Below, one piece after another: positions 10,377 to 20,332 of a DNA stretch of 64,000 nt. The stretch lies in assembly GCA_965197645.1 (NCBI GenBank), contig OZ240219.1, forward strand, positions 2,656,001 to 2,720,000, written 5' to 3'. The notes below the pieces were generated by a model. That model was not told the origin of the DNA. It searched no databases and worked only from the letters and a program-made list of their open reading frames with translations. Origin of the DNA: Dehalococcoidia bacterium. Lineage in GTDB: Bacteria > Chloroflexota > Dehalococcoidia > Plut-88900. A program made the position numbers and the translations under genes. Numbering within the stretch: position 1 is the first letter of the stretch; each line of letters begins with the position of its first letter.

Positions 10377-10982
10377 CTATGTCCCGCTTTCGATGACGCC
10401 CTTGGTGCTGGGCACCTGCCCCGAAATCCTGGCGTCCACCTGGGTTGCAGCGTCCAGGGCCCGGGCCAGGGCCTTGAACAGCGCCTCGATCTTGTGATGA
10501 TCGTTGAGGCCGGCGAGGAACTTGGCGTGCAGGCTAAACCTCCCCTCCGCGGCAAAGGTCTCCAGAAAATGACGAGCCATATCGGGCAGCAGGTCGCCGA
10601 TCTTTTCTACGCCAAAGGGCATGTCGACCACAGCGTAACCCCTGCCACCCACGTCCACGGCAACCATTGCCAACGCCTCGTCCAGCGGCACCACGGCGTG
10701 GGCCATCCGGGTGATCCCCTTGCGGTCGCCCAGCGCCTGACCGAAGGCCTGTCCCAACACTATGGCTATGTCCTCCACGACATGATGGCCGTCAGGATCG
10801 CTGGTAGCGGTGGCCGTAACCACGAGATCGAAGGTGCCGTGGCGGGCTAGCTGGGACAGCATGTGGTCCAGCATGGAGATGCCGGTGTCCACCTCGTTGC
10901 GCCCACTCCCATCGAGGCTGACCTCGACCGAGACCTGGGTCTCACCGGTGGACCTCTGGAGAGATGCGGATCGATCAGCCAC
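10377..10982 (-). CDS. hisB: Imidazoleglycerol-phosphate dehydratase (monofunctional)
   Basis: RSTGETQ, DHML, DGHHVVED, NDHHKIEA, PSTKG; no HAD domain. Confidence 0.97.
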   Translation of the reverse strand: MADRSASLQRSTGETQVSVEVSLDGSGRNEVDTGISMLDHMLSQLARHGTFDLVVTATATSDPDGHHVVEDIAIVLGQAFGQALGDRKGITRMAHAVVPLDEALAMVAVDVGGRGYAVVDMPFGVEKIGDLLPDMARHFLETFAAEGRFSLHAKFLAGLNDHHKIEALFKALARALDAATQVDARISGQVPSTKGVIESGT

Positions 10983-12099
10983 CGGACTCCCCTTCTATGG
11001 TCCTCAACACATCCATCACTATGTCCGTCTGCTCGGGGGTGCCGACGCTTATCCTGACGAAGTTGCGGAGCAACGGAGTGTCGAAGTACCGGATGTGGAT
11101 CTGTCTCTCCTTGAGCTGCTGGTGAAGAGCCTCGGCGTCCATGCCGAGCACCTCGCACATTATGTAGTTGCCCTGAGAGGGAATCGGCCGGAGGAGCTTT
11201 AGCTGGGTTAAGAGGGAGTGCATACGGTCTCGTTCCCGGACGATCTTCTGCACGTTCCCGAGGAGGTAGTCCAGGTCGTTCAACGACTCGATGCCGGCTC
11301 TCTGGGCCATGGTGCTGAGATTGTAGGGCATCTTGATCCTGGAGAGACAGGCAGCAACTTCAGGCGAGAAGACTCCATAGCCGATGCGAATGCCCGCCAG
11401 GCCGGCCCACTTGCTGAAGGTGCGTATCACCATGAGATTGTCATATCGAGAGACCAACGGCACGGCCGATTGGCCGCAGAACTCATAGTACGCCTCGTCG
11501 ACGATAACAGCCACACCGGTTTCCAGCAGCTGGGTTATCTCCGCATCCGTCACCGAGTTGCCGGTGGGATTGTTGGGAGACGTGATGAACACCATCTTTG
11601 TCCTGTCGTCTATGGCGTCCCGGATGGCTTCCACGTCCAGATCGTAGCTGGGGGTCCGTGCGACGTTTATCTCTTGGGCGCCGCTCACGTCCACGATGAA
11701 CTTGTACATACCGAAGGTGGGCGGGCAGTTGATCACCTTGTCGCCCGGCTCCAGCAGCAGTTGCGCTATCAGGCCCAGGAGCTCGTCCGCGCCGGCGCCG
11801 GCAACGATGCGCTCCGCTCCGACACCCACGTAGTCGGCGAGGGCGGCCCGCAGCTCACGATGGTTCGGATCGGGGTACAGGTGAAACAGGCTCTCATCGT
11901 CGAATATGCCACGAATCTTGGGGGAGCTGCCGTAGGGGTTTTCGTTGCCGTCCAGCTTAACAATCCGGGCCGGCGGAGCTTCCTTGGCCCCGCCAGAGTC
12001 CGACTTCTCGGCCGGCTGCACCCCTCGATATCCCACAAGGTCCCGAAGGTGGGGCCGTACCAGTTTCATCACTCCAGATTCGGTATTACGGGCGGTCAT
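10975..12099 (-). CDS. hisC: Histidinol-phosphate aminotransferase
   Basis: NENPY, SPNNPTG, DEAYYEF, RTFSKWAGLAGIRIG. Confidence 0.96.
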   Translation of the reverse strand: MTARNTESGVMKLVRPHLRDLVGYRGVQPAEKSDSGGAKEAPPARIVKLDGNENPYGSSPKIRGIFDDESLFHLYPDPNHRELRAALADYVGVGAERIVAGAGADELLGLIAQLLLEPGDKVINCPPTFGMYKFIVDVSGAQEINVARTPSYDLDVEAIRDAIDDRTKMVFITSPNNPTGNSVTDAEITQLLETGVAVIVDEAYYEFCGQSAVPLVSRYDNLMVIRTFSKWAGLAGIRIGYGVFSPEVAACLSRIKMPYNLSTMAQRAGIESLNDLDYLLGNVQKIVRERDRMHSLLTQLKLLRPIPSQGNYIMCEVLGMDAEALHQQLKERQIHIRYFDTPLLRNFVRISVGTPEQTDIVMDVLRTIEGESGG

Positions 12100-12107
12100 A
12101 AACTCCT

Positions 12108-13448
12108 TTATGCGCCTCGCCGGACGGCGTCCCGCGTCCTGGACTCGACGGACCGTGCGTGGGCCTCCAGTCCCTCTGACCTGGCTATGGTGGAGGCGGG
12201 TCCGATCAACGGCGCCGCTTCCCGGTCGGATAGTGATACCACCGACGTAACCTTTAGGAAATCATTCACGCCGAGAGCCGAGCTGTACCGGGCGGCCCCC
12301 GCCGTCGGCAGGGCGTGGCTGGGGCCTGCTACGTAGTCCCCGAGAACGTGGGGCGAGTCCTCGCCCAGGAACAGGGCGCCGGCGTTTTCCACCAGGGAAA
12401 CGTATCTCTCAGCATCTCGTATCAGAAGACACAGATGTTCTGGGGCGTACAGGTTGGAGAGGTGGACCGCCTGCTCGATGGTAGCTATCAGTATGATGGC
12501 GCCGTTGGCCTCCAGGGATGACCGAAGAATCGACTCTCGAGAGGCCATGCCCAGCTGTCTTTCCACCTCGGCGTCGACGTCGGAGGCCAGGCGGGCCGAA
12601 GTGGTGATGAGGATAGAAGTAGCCTGGGGATCGTGCTCCGCTTGGGCCAGAATATCGGCGGCGCACCCCTCGGGATTGGTGCTATCGTCGGCTACTAGGA
12701 CGGCTTCCGTCGGGCCCTGGATGGTATCTATCCCGACCGTGCCGAATACCTGGCGCTTGGCCTCCTGCACGAAGACGTTGCCGGGCCCGAATATCTTGTC
12801 CACGGCCGGGACCGTTTCGGTGCCAAGGGCCATGGCGGCGATGGCCTGGGCTCCGCCAAGCTTGAACACCCTGTCCGCCCCGGCGATTTCGGCGGCGGCC
12901 AGCACTACGGGAGCAACGGCGCCGTCCGGTCCGGGAGGTGTGGCGAGAACGATTTCCCCTACTCCGGCAACCCTGGCGGGGACCGCCGTCATCAGGACGG
13001 TGGAGGGGTATATCGCTCTACCGCCTGGCACATAGAGACCCGCTCGGTTGATGGCGGTTACCCTCTGGCCCAGACCGTCCCGGTGGTAGTCTCTGAGGCC
13101 GTTCTCTCTTGCGTCCTTTTGATAGGACTCGATACGCTGGGCCGCCAGCTCAAGAGATTCCATCAGGTCGCCAGGGACGTTCTTGGAGGCGTCGATACGC
13201 TCGGCATCGGTAACTTCGAGCTTGTCCATGTCCAGGCCGTCGATGCGACGCATATAGTCCAGGACCGCCCAGTCACCGAGCTGGGCAACATCGCGAATGA
13301 TCCGGGATACCGCCTCCTGGACACTCAGCTTCCGGCCGAAGACCCTTTCGATGCCGCCGGAGAGCTCCGGGCTCAGGGGCTCATCGTGCAGCGCAGATGT
13401 CCGGGTTAGGAACTCCTTGGCAGGCTCGAAACCCTTGATCAACCTCAA
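12108..13448 (-). CDS. hisD: Histidinol dehydrogenase (likely TTG start 13448, overlapping the upstream stop)
   Basis: GLYVPGG, GGAQAIAA, GPGNVFV, AQAEHD, APEHL, AGPSHALPT. Confidence 0.97.
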   Translation of the reverse strand: MRLIKGFEPAKEFLTRTSALHDEPLSPELSGGIERVFGRKLSVQEAVSRIIRDVAQLGDWAVLDYMRRIDGLDMDKLEVTDAERIDASKNVPGDLMESLELAAQRIESYQKDARENGLRDYHRDGLGQRVTAINRAGLYVPGGRAIYPSTVLMTAVPARVAGVGEIVLATPPGPDGAVAPVVLAAAEIAGADRVFKLGGAQAIAAMALGTETVPAVDKIFGPGNVFVQEAKRQVFGTVGIDTIQGPTEAVLVADDSTNPEGCAADILAQAEHDPQATSILITTSARLASDVDAEVERQLGMASRESILRSSLEANGAIILIATIEQAVHLSNLYAPEHLCLLIRDAERYVSLVENAGALFLGEDSPHVLGDYVAGPSHALPTAGAARYSSALGVNDFLKVTSVVSLSDREAAPLIGPASTIARSEGLEAHARSVESRTRDAVRRGA

Positions 13449-14197
13449 TCCAGGTACTCTCCCAGGATACTGACGAACCGATCGATGGCCTGGTTGCGAA
13501 AGTCGGATATCACCTGCTCTGGAACGTGGGACTTGCCGCGCTGCCGTAACGATTGCACGTCGTCGACCACGGAGTCCAAGGTCTGTTGATCGTCTTTCAG
13601 GTGCCTGGGCAGCCCCCTCCGAGCGAACCACCGGAAGTGATCCCAGGTCATTTCCTGTGAGCTGCGTTCATGGACTATCTCTCGCCACTTGCGCAGGACA
13701 TCCCGGTCGATGAAGCTTATCTCCACTTCCCGCTCACTCTCTTTCAGCAGGCCCAGCACGTCATCGATGGGGCCAAGGAGCTTGCGTTCCCTCTGGTCCA
13801 TCTCGAACTGGACGACCCGGTCAATCACGTTTCGCATGGGGTCGTCTGCTATGGAGGACGCAGAGCCGAAGTAGGGCCGGTATACGTCCACTATCCAGGT
13901 TTCGTCCGTGACCAGGTGGGACATGTAGCCGGCGATGAAGGACTTGGTGTCGCGGCCCAGTTTGCCGATCTCCGTCAGCTCGGGATGGTGCTTGAACAGG
14001 CCCTCGATCCCCTTGCCGGGGCTATCGCTATCCAGGTGAAAGAAGTGGGTGTCGTACCTGTCCCATCCCGTCATGTTTCGGATGTCGGGCGAGGTGGACC
14101 CCAGCAAAAAGCTGCCCATCCGATTGTTGAGCACTGGGTGGTCCAGCCGTCTGGCCGCCTCCTGGGCGAAGGACATGTGTAGCGAGATGTTGGGCAT
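13445..14197 (-). CDS. Zinc-dependent phospholipase C / P1-nuclease-like fold protein
   Basis: MPNISLH, LLGSTSPD, THFF, GYMSHLVTD metal-ligand pattern. Confidence 0.7.
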   Translation of the reverse strand: MPNISLHMSFAQEAARRLDHPVLNNRMGSFLLGSTSPDIRNMTGWDRYDTHFFHLDSDSPGKGIEGLFKHHPELTEIGKLGRDTKSFIAGYMSHLVTDETWIVDVYRPYFGSASSIADDPMRNVIDRVVQFEMDQRERKLLGPIDDVLGLLKESEREVEISFIDRDVLRKWREIVHERSSQEMTWDHFRWFARRGLPRHLKDDQQTLDSVVDDVQSLRQRGKSHVPEQVISDFRNQAIDRFVSILGEYLD

Positions 14198-14222
14198 TCT
14201 TACACTAAAGCGAGACCGGCCC

Positions 14223-15245
14223 CTAAGACTCGACCTGCTTGATCAGGTTGCACAGGATTCCGGTGGCGCCCTTCTCCCGAAGACGGGCCCTGACCTGGAG
14301 GTAGCGGGACTTGGGCACGGCGATGTTGACTGCATAGCCGATGGTCCTGCGGTCGACGTCGAGGAGCTCCGCCACGGTGGGGCCTTTGAGAGCCAGACGC
14401 TCCTGCTTGAGAAACATCAGGATGCGATCTAGGTCATCAGAGTCCACGTTGAATTTGACGTCGTAGTGTTTCCTGCCGTTGATGACTCCGCTCAGCAGCT
14501 CGCCAACCTCGGTCACCTTATCGGCCTTCCACGGGTCTTCGACTATGTTTCGTCGGGAGTACAGCCCCGCGGACGATTTCATTATCACTTCCAGCTTCAC
14601 GCCCCCTGCCCGCTGCAAGCTGGTCCCGGACTGTGTGTTGTCCACTATGGGGAAGCCCCGTCCGAGATACGCTTCGGTGGCGCCCTGAGAGTGGATGATC
14701 TGCACCTTGTCGTTGTCACCCTCCACGTAGCCAAAGACCTCGGTCTTGGGCGTCAGGCCTGGGTAGAGCTCTTGATAGCCATCGTTGTCCATCAGGTAGT
14801 TTCGGGTAAGGATCGGGTACTCGGTGTAGAAGGTCTGCGGCTCTTCATGATCCCGGGCCTGGAACAACAGCCCGGTAAGGTCCGCTATCCCCGAGTCCTT
14901 GGGAACGGCGACTACGACCTGGACGTTGCCATACTCCAGATCGACGATTTTGGTGAACTCGCCCGCTCCGCCGGGCCAGTTGTATATGCAGTCGTCGCCG
15001 GTGATGCTGAGGTCCAGCAGGCCACGGCTCAGGTCTCCGGGCACGTTGGCCGCCTTTACCAGGTGGGGGGATATCTCGTCATCGTTGAGGATGGCCAGCT
15101 GGCTCCGGTGTTCCCGCCCGGCCGCGTACCCGACGATGTCATAGCCGGCGTCGATGAACAGACCCTCGGTATCGCCTCTACCCGGAGTGTTCAGGCTGCC
15201 GCTGGGCAGACCCAGGTGCAGTTTGTTATTGTTATCGGATCCCAT
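14223..15245 (-). CDS. hisG: ATP phosphoribosyltransferase, long atypical form
   Basis: LGLPSGSL, LDLSITGDD, TEYP, SQGATE, IVDNTQSGTSL, C-terminal PT..LREKGA; first gene of the his cluster. Confidence 0.88.
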   Translation of the reverse strand: MGSDNNNKLHLGLPSGSLNTPGRGDTEGLFIDAGYDIVGYAAGREHRSQLAILNDDEISPHLVKAANVPGDLSRGLLDLSITGDDCIYNWPGGAGEFTKIVDLEYGNVQVVVAVPKDSGIADLTGLLFQARDHEEPQTFYTEYPILTRNYLMDNDGYQELYPGLTPKTEVFGYVEGDNDKVQIIHSQGATEAYLGRGFPIVDNTQSGTSLQRAGGVKLEVIMKSSAGLYSRRNIVEDPWKADKVTEVGELLSGVINGRKHYDVKFNVDSDDLDRILMFLKQERLALKGPTVAELLDVDRRTIGYAVNIAVPKSRYLQVRARLREKGATGILCNLIKQVES

Positions 15246-15265
15246 GTGACCGTCTTCCGGCAGCT

Positions 15266-15295
15266 ATTCTACCGTATTGAGCGCAGGCCATTCAA
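15266..15295 (-). promoter_or_regulatory. Sigma70-like promoter of the his cluster
   Basis: TTGAAT-18nt-TAGAAT on the minus strand, 20 nt upstream of hisG. Confidence 0.55.
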
Positions 15296-15416
15296 TGAAG
15301 ACGCGGAACCGTGTCCGCTTGCCGGCCCACAGTTGAGTCGCTCCGGAGAGCCGGTGTCCATCAGTTGATAGCGGACTTTGGCTTAAGGCGTCGCTCCCAG
15401 GAGTTCGGGGTGCTCG

Positions 15417-15833
15417 TTACCTGGCGGCCAGGAACTCGAACTCTACGAAGAACCCGGGTCGGGCCAGGGCATGGATTACCCGCAGAGTGCCGGCGGCCGG
15501 CTTGGGGTCTACGTCTTTGAAGGCATCGGCCCAGACCTGGAAGATGCCGTCCCGGTGCACGTCCAGGTCTACGTCCTTGGTCACGGTGATCTCCACTCGT
15601 ATGACGTCGTGCACGGACCAGCCTTCTTGATCGAGCATTCCCACCAGGCTATCGAAGACTCCCTGGGTCTGCCCGACGGGATCATCGGGATGGCGGCAGC
15701 TGCCGTCGGGGTCGCTGTCCACCTGGCCGGTCAGTATGAAGATCTCCTTGAAATCGGAGACTTTGAGTCCCCAGTTGAAGTTGGAGCTTCGATCGGGAGC
15801 GGTGTGGCACGGCACGGCGGTTTTCACGGCCAT
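15417..15833 (-). CDS. RidA/YjgF family protein
   Basis: LTGQV, GQTQGVF, PAAGTL...LARPGFFVEFE. Confidence 0.8.
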   Translation of the reverse strand: MAVKTAVPCHTAPDRSSNFNWGLKVSDFKEIFILTGQVDSDPDGSCRHPDDPVGQTQGVFDSLVGMLDQEGWSVHDVIRVEITVTKDVDLDVHRDGIFQVWADAFKDVDPKPAAGTLRVIHALARPGFFVEFEFLAAR

Positions 15834-15872
15834 GGGGTTACCTCCTTCATTTACTCATCTGGTTAATCGCTG

Positions 15873-16859
15873 TTATGTCAATTGGTGCAGCACCTCTTCG
15901 ACACACCTTTTGAACTGGCCCTGCTGGTCCCACGATGGGAAGCGGAGCAGGATATCGGTGGCGCCGGCGTCGATGAACCCCTGGAGCTGCTGGACACATT
16001 GCTGGGGTGATCCGCAGGCCACCCATCCTTCCACCACGTCGCGGGGATACTTCTGGGGGGTATAGTACTGCTCCAGGTAGTCGGTGGACTCTCTGATGGC
16101 CTCTTCCCGGTCGTCGTTGATGTTGATGTTGTAGTAGAGGGCGCATGGAAGGTCGCTGAAATCGCGTCCCTCCTCTGTGGCATAGCCAAGGATCCGCTCT
16201 CTCAGGCCGGCGAACCGTGCGGCGGGGTAGGCAGTGGTCAGCCAGCCATCGCCCAGCCGGGCTACGCGGCGTAGGTTCCGTTCTACGATCCGTTTTTTGC
16301 CTTCCTCCGGCGGGTCTCCCACCATCCAGATAGGTGGGGGAGTCTGTACCGGTTTCGGAAGCACGAAGGCATCCTTCAGAGTGTGGTACTTGCCCTCGTA
16401 GTCGACGCTATCTTCGGTCCACAGCCGACGCATGATGTGGATGCCCTCCTCCAGCCGGTGCCGGCGCTGGACGTTGGTGATGCCCATGTTGAACAGCTCC
16501 AGCCGGGCGAGGTTCTCCGATTCCGGAACGCCCATACAGGCGCCCATGATCATCCGTCCGTTGGAGAGGAGGTCCAGGCTGGCCCACTGGTAAGCGAGGA
16601 GAACGGGATGTCTAGAGGGGAAGCTCGCCATGCACGCCGGGCCTATCCTCACACGATTGGTACGAGCGGCGATGGCCGCCATCAGGGTGAGGGACTCCAT
16701 GCGGGGCTTGGCCATGATCTGGTCGCCCACCCAAACGTGGTCGAAAACGCCGGCTGCTTCGGCCTTCTCGGCCATCTCCAGCATCTCGGTAGGGTTGGTG
16801 AGTCCCAGGACGACGCCCCGGTTGGAAAGAGTCAGTCCGAATCTGGCTTTATTTGCCAT
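15873..16859 (-). CDS. Luciferase-like (LLM class) flavin/F420-dependent oxidoreductase
   Basis: FDHVWVGD, RHPVLLA..WASLDLLSNGR, PKPVQ.PPPIW. Confidence 0.92.
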   Translation of the reverse strand: MANKARFGLTLSNRGVVLGLTNPTEMLEMAEKAEAAGVFDHVWVGDQIMAKPRMESLTLMAAIAARTNRVRIGPACMASFPSRHPVLLAYQWASLDLLSNGRMIMGACMGVPESENLARLELFNMGITNVQRRHRLEEGIHIMRRLWTEDSVDYEGKYHTLKDAFVLPKPVQTPPPIWMVGDPPEEGKKRIVERNLRRVARLGDGWLTTAYPAARFAGLRERILGYATEEGRDFSDLPCALYYNININDDREEAIRESTDYLEQYYTPQKYPRDVVEGWVACGSPQQCVQQLQGFIDAGATDILLRFPSWDQQGQFKRCVEEVLHQLT

Positions 16860-16930
16860 GAGCTATTCCTTTGCTTTCTCCGACACATCCTGGGACTCCA
16901 GGACGGGCGTTATCCTTCCGTGCGCTGACC

Positions 16931-17752
16931 CTAGTCGTCAAAGTGGAGGGTGACCTCCCCACCAATCAGGGTCTTGAGTGAGCCGTCGGCCAGCCTCAAC
17001 AACAGGCGGCCTTCCTCATCCACCGACTCTGCGAGTCCCTGTTCAACCCAGCCCACCTCATCTTCTCGACGCCACTGCGCCCGGATCTGCCGCCCGATGG
17101 TGGACACGTACGGCTTCCAGGCGGTCAACGGGCTGTTTCCCGCTTTCGTGGAGTCGTAGAGGGCGTCCATTTCCGTGAAGAGCGCTTGGAGGACCTGCGT
17201 TCGGGACACCCGTTCCCCGACTTCGACCATGAGGCTGGTGGCCGGCGGGTGGATCTCGGACAGGGTTTCGGGAGCGATGTTGACGTTGATCCCGATGCCA
17301 ACGTTGACGTGGGACAGGCTATCGCCGCTATAGGTGTTGGTGATGAGAATGCCTGAGACCTTCTTGCCGCTCAGCTGGACGTCGTTTGGCCACTTGATGC
17401 GCGGCGCCAGGCCGCAGCACTTCTCTATCGACCGGACGATTCCCAGGGAAGCGATCATGTTGATCTTGGGCAGCACCTCCATCGTCGGCCTGAGAATGAG
17501 GGATATGGCGACGTTGGTCCCCCTGGGAGTAACCCACTTCCTATCGAACCGCCCTCTCCCCGCCGACTGATGGTTGGCCACCACCGCCGTTCCCTCAGCA
17601 GCCCCATCGTTGGCGAGCCGGTCGGCGACGTCCATAGTCGTTGGCAAGGAGTCGAAGTAGTGGACCTCCCGACCGATCAATCGGGTGTTCAGGCCGGACC
17701 GGATTGTTTCTGCGGAGTACTCGTCGGTAACCAAAGGCGACCCCTGCGGCAA
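16931..17752 (-). CDS. birA: Biotin-protein ligase (no HTH); true start may be TTG 17734
   Basis: QSAGRGRFDRKW, KWPND, KKVSGIL, GIGIN; a TTGACA-17-TATCAT promoter at 17780-17752 overlaps the annotated start. Confidence 0.93.
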   Translation of the reverse strand: MPQGSPLVTDEYSAETIRSGLNTRLIGREVHYFDSLPTTMDVADRLANDGAAEGTAVVANHQSAGRGRFDRKWVTPRGTNVAISLILRPTMEVLPKINMIASLGIVRSIEKCCGLAPRIKWPNDVQLSGKKVSGILITNTYSGDSLSHVNVGIGINVNIAPETLSEIHPPATSLMVEVGERVSRTQVLQALFTEMDALYDSTKAGNSPLTAWKPYVSTIGRQIRAQWRREDEVGWVEQGLAESVDEEGRLLLRLADGSLKTLIGGEVTLHFDD

Positions 17753-17800
17753 TGATAAGAACTGCGCGGCATGGTGTCAAAAGATTGGGCTGGGGGACAT

Positions 17801-18334
17801 CTATATGAAGACCAACAGCAGGTTTAGGACCAGCAGATGCGCCAGGAACCCGAGCACCGTTACCACCACCGCCTTCATGGTGCTGTTGTAGTCCAGGGCC
17901 TGTCGAACGGCGATTATCACGGCAACGATCCGCCAGATGTACGCAGCAGCTACGATGACAATGGATACGATGGTGATGGGAATGATGGCTAGCAAGGTCA
18001 ATAGCAGAGGGGTGGTGGCGAATCCCATGGTCCGCGCCAACTGGCCCCAGCTGGCCTCGGTTTGAGGCTCGCGGATCAACCTAGTGCCGATGAAGTACAC
18101 GGCGTATGCCCACACGGCCCAGCCCAATAACCCGAAGAGTATGTAGAAGGCCACGCCGGCCGCTCCCAGGGTCCCGAAGCTGCCTATCCCCAGGGCCAGG
18201 CTGGTGATCAGGACAACCACCATGGCCTGGATGGTTGCCGTCCGGTCGGCTTCCACCTCCTCGTACAGAGAGACGTCCAGTTTTGCGGCGCGTATCATCC
18301 GCGGGATGAGCATCCGGCTTCGGGTATCTTGCAT
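17801..18334 (-). CDS. YIP1-like multi-pass membrane protein
   Basis: About five hydrophobic segments; YEEVEAD and AVRQALD motifs. Confidence 0.7.
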   Translation of the reverse strand: MQDTRSRMLIPRMIRAAKLDVSLYEEVEADRTATIQAMVVVLITSLALGIGSFGTLGAAGVAFYILFGLLGWAVWAYAVYFIGTRLIREPQTEASWGQLARTMGFATTPLLLTLLAIIPITIVSIVIVAAAYIWRIVAVIIAVRQALDYNSTMKAVVVTVLGFLAHLLVLNLLLVFI

Positions 18335-18488
18335 CTTGGGGCCGGCCCTCCTTGCTTGGGTGTCGCTTAGTCGTGAGTATCCTGTGTTGTGTAACGTCGG
18401 TCAATACCTGCAGGATACCGGTTATCGACACTGCTGCAACCTAAGACTATAATTTTCGCATCTGGAAGGCCGAAAAAGGGGGAGTCAA

Positions 18489-19397
18489 GTGACAAATGAG
18501 CGAATCGTCTACCTAAACGGTGAAATGGTCCCCGAAAGCAAAGCCGTGATCTCGATCCACGATCGAGGCTTTATCGCCGGCGACGCCGTATTCGACAATA
18601 CCCGTACCTTCAACGGGGTCGTGTTCAAGATGAAGGAGCATATCGACCGGCTGTACGCATCGGCTAGGTACCTTCGCATCGATCCGGGAATGAGCAAGGA
18701 GAAGATGGCCGAGCTGACCCAGCAGGTGGTGGACGCCAACTTCCCCATCGAGCAGGAGGACTTCTGGGTGATCCAACGCATAACCCGGGGCGTGGAAGCG
18801 CCGTCTCACAGCTCTGCCGACAGCAGCCAGCCCACAGTAATCATCCAGTGCGAGCCCATCCCCTTCGCCAGCAGGGCCCACTACTACAGGAACGGCATCC
18901 CCCTGATCACCCCCTCGATCAGACGAACGCCTCCCTCCTCGATGAGCCCCAGGGCCAAGATCCAAAATTATGTTAACGTGACCCTCGCCAGTCTGGAGGT
19001 GGAGGCCCAGAACGAGGACGCCTGGGCCCTGCTGCTGGACACCAACGGCAACATCTGCGAGGGCACCGGTCAGAACATATTCCTGGTCAAGGATGGGACC
19101 CTCTACACACCCGACGAAAGGTACACGCTGCAAGGGGTCAGCCGGCAGACGGTGATCGATCTTGCGCGAGAGCTGGATGTCAACCTGGTGGAAGGCGACA
19201 TGGATATGTTCGACGCATACAACGCCGATGAGGCGTTTATGACGGCCACCAGCCTGTGCATCTGTCCGGTATCCAGCATCAACGGTGCGCCCGTCGGCAC
19301 GGGCAACGTGCCCGGTCCCGTGACGGAGAGGCTGACCAACGCCTACAGCGGATTTGTGGGCCTGGATATCACCGAGCAGTATCTATCGAAGCTGTAG
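18489..19397 (+). CDS. Aminotransferase class IV (branched-chain / D-amino acid type)
   Basis: DRGFIAGDAVF, HIDRL, EGTGQNIF, LQGVSR, ADEAF. Confidence 0.9.
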   Translation: MTNERIVYLNGEMVPESKAVISIHDRGFIAGDAVFDNTRTFNGVVFKMKEHIDRLYASARYLRIDPGMSKEKMAELTQQVVDANFPIEQEDFWVIQRITRGVEAPSHSSADSSQPTVIIQCEPIPFASRAHYYRNGIPLITPSIRRTPPSSMSPRAKIQNYVNVTLASLEVEAQNEDAWALLLDTNGNICEGTGQNIFLVKDGTLYTPDERYTLQGVSRQTVIDLARELDVNLVEGDMDMFDAYNADEAFMTATSLCICPVSSINGAPVGTGNVPGPVTERLTNAYSGFVGLDITEQYLSKL

Positions 19398-19408
19398 AAC
19401 GCCTCTCG

Positions 19409-19519
19409 CGACCATCCCCCTAGCCCCCTTCCTGGCCAGGAAGGGGGCACAAAAAGAGATAAGTTCTGAGGGACACCCTCAGGCTCCCAGCAAAGGGGCT
19501 TAGCCCCTCTGCACACCCC
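19409..19519 (+). repeat. Dispersed MITE/REP-like element, copy A
   Basis: CGACCATCCCCCT..CCCCTTCCTGGCCAGGAAGGGG..TCTGAGGGACACCCTCAG..GCCCCTCTGCACACCCC; three internal hairpins; same module order as 20333-20458. Confidence 0.8.
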
Positions 19520-19566
19520 GTGTTTTGTCAACCTGCTATCAGCAGTTGGGCAACGTTCGCGATGGA

Positions 19567-20295
19567 TTACAGGTTGAGGATGGAGAAGGACACCGCGTAA
19601 TCGCAGCCCACCTGCTCTCCGACCGCTGCGGCGCCGAAGGTGAGGAACATCTCGGGATCGAAGCCGCCTTCCAGGTTGTCGATGTAGACCTTGTGCTCCT
19701 TCAGTGAGGCCACTCCCCTATCGATGTAGTCGGTGACGTCGACGTAGTAGGTCGGCTGGGGAGGGTGGCTGATGAATATCCTCTTGACCCCTGTCCAGGG
19801 ATCGTATCCCTCGGCAACCAGTTCCGGGAAGATCCACCGGTTACCGGCGTCGCGGGCGGCGTCCAGCACGGCCAAGCCCACCCAGCGGTGGTCGGCCATG
19901 TTGAAGGTCTCGGAGCCCCAGGTCAGCTCGTGGTTGCCCGAGAGGATAACGTCGGGCTTGTGCTTACGGATGACCCTGGAAATGTCCCGGCGGAGATCGT
20001 TTCCGTATTCGATAACGCCATCGACGTGGTCCAGGAACTCGACGACGTCGACACCCACCACTTTTGCGCTCGCTATCTGCTCCAGCTCCCGGAGGGGCCC
20101 GGCTTCTTCTGGCGCCACCGAGTCGATACCGGCCTCGCCCCGGGTGACCATGAGATAGATCACCTCTTTGCCCTCGTCAGTCCAGCGAGCAATGGCGCTG
20201 GAGGATCCGAACTCCAGGTCGTCCGGGTGGGCGACTATGGCCATCATCTTGTTCCAATCTTCGGGAAGTTCTTGCAGCTCGGGTTGTTCGGACAT
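19567..20295 (-). CDS. PIG-L/LmbE family deacetylase
   Basis: AHPDDLE, TRGEAG, ADHR. Confidence 0.9.
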   Translation of the reverse strand: MSEQPELQELPEDWNKMMAIVAHPDDLEFGSSSAIARWTDEGKEVIYLMVTRGEAGIDSVAPEEAGPLRELEQIASAKVVGVDVVEFLDHVDGVIEYGNDLRRDISRVIRKHKPDVILSGNHELTWGSETFNMADHRWVGLAVLDAARDAGNRWIFPELVAEGYDPWTGVKRIFISHPPQPTYYVDVTDYIDRGVASLKEHKVYIDNLEGGFDPEMFLTFGAAAVGEQVGCDYAVSFSILNL

Positions 20296-20332
20296 CCGTT
20301 ACCTCGCTCTAGTACGGTACTGAAAGGCCTTT

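Noticed and set aside
10137-10850. 237-aa ORF starting in the purS-hisB gap
   Set aside because: Made of repeat-derived sequence plus the hisB antisense strand; no protein motif.
13449-13631. N-terminal extension of HisD in the ORF track
   Set aside because: Overlaps the upstream gene; the coupled TTG at 13448 with a GGAG SD is a better start.
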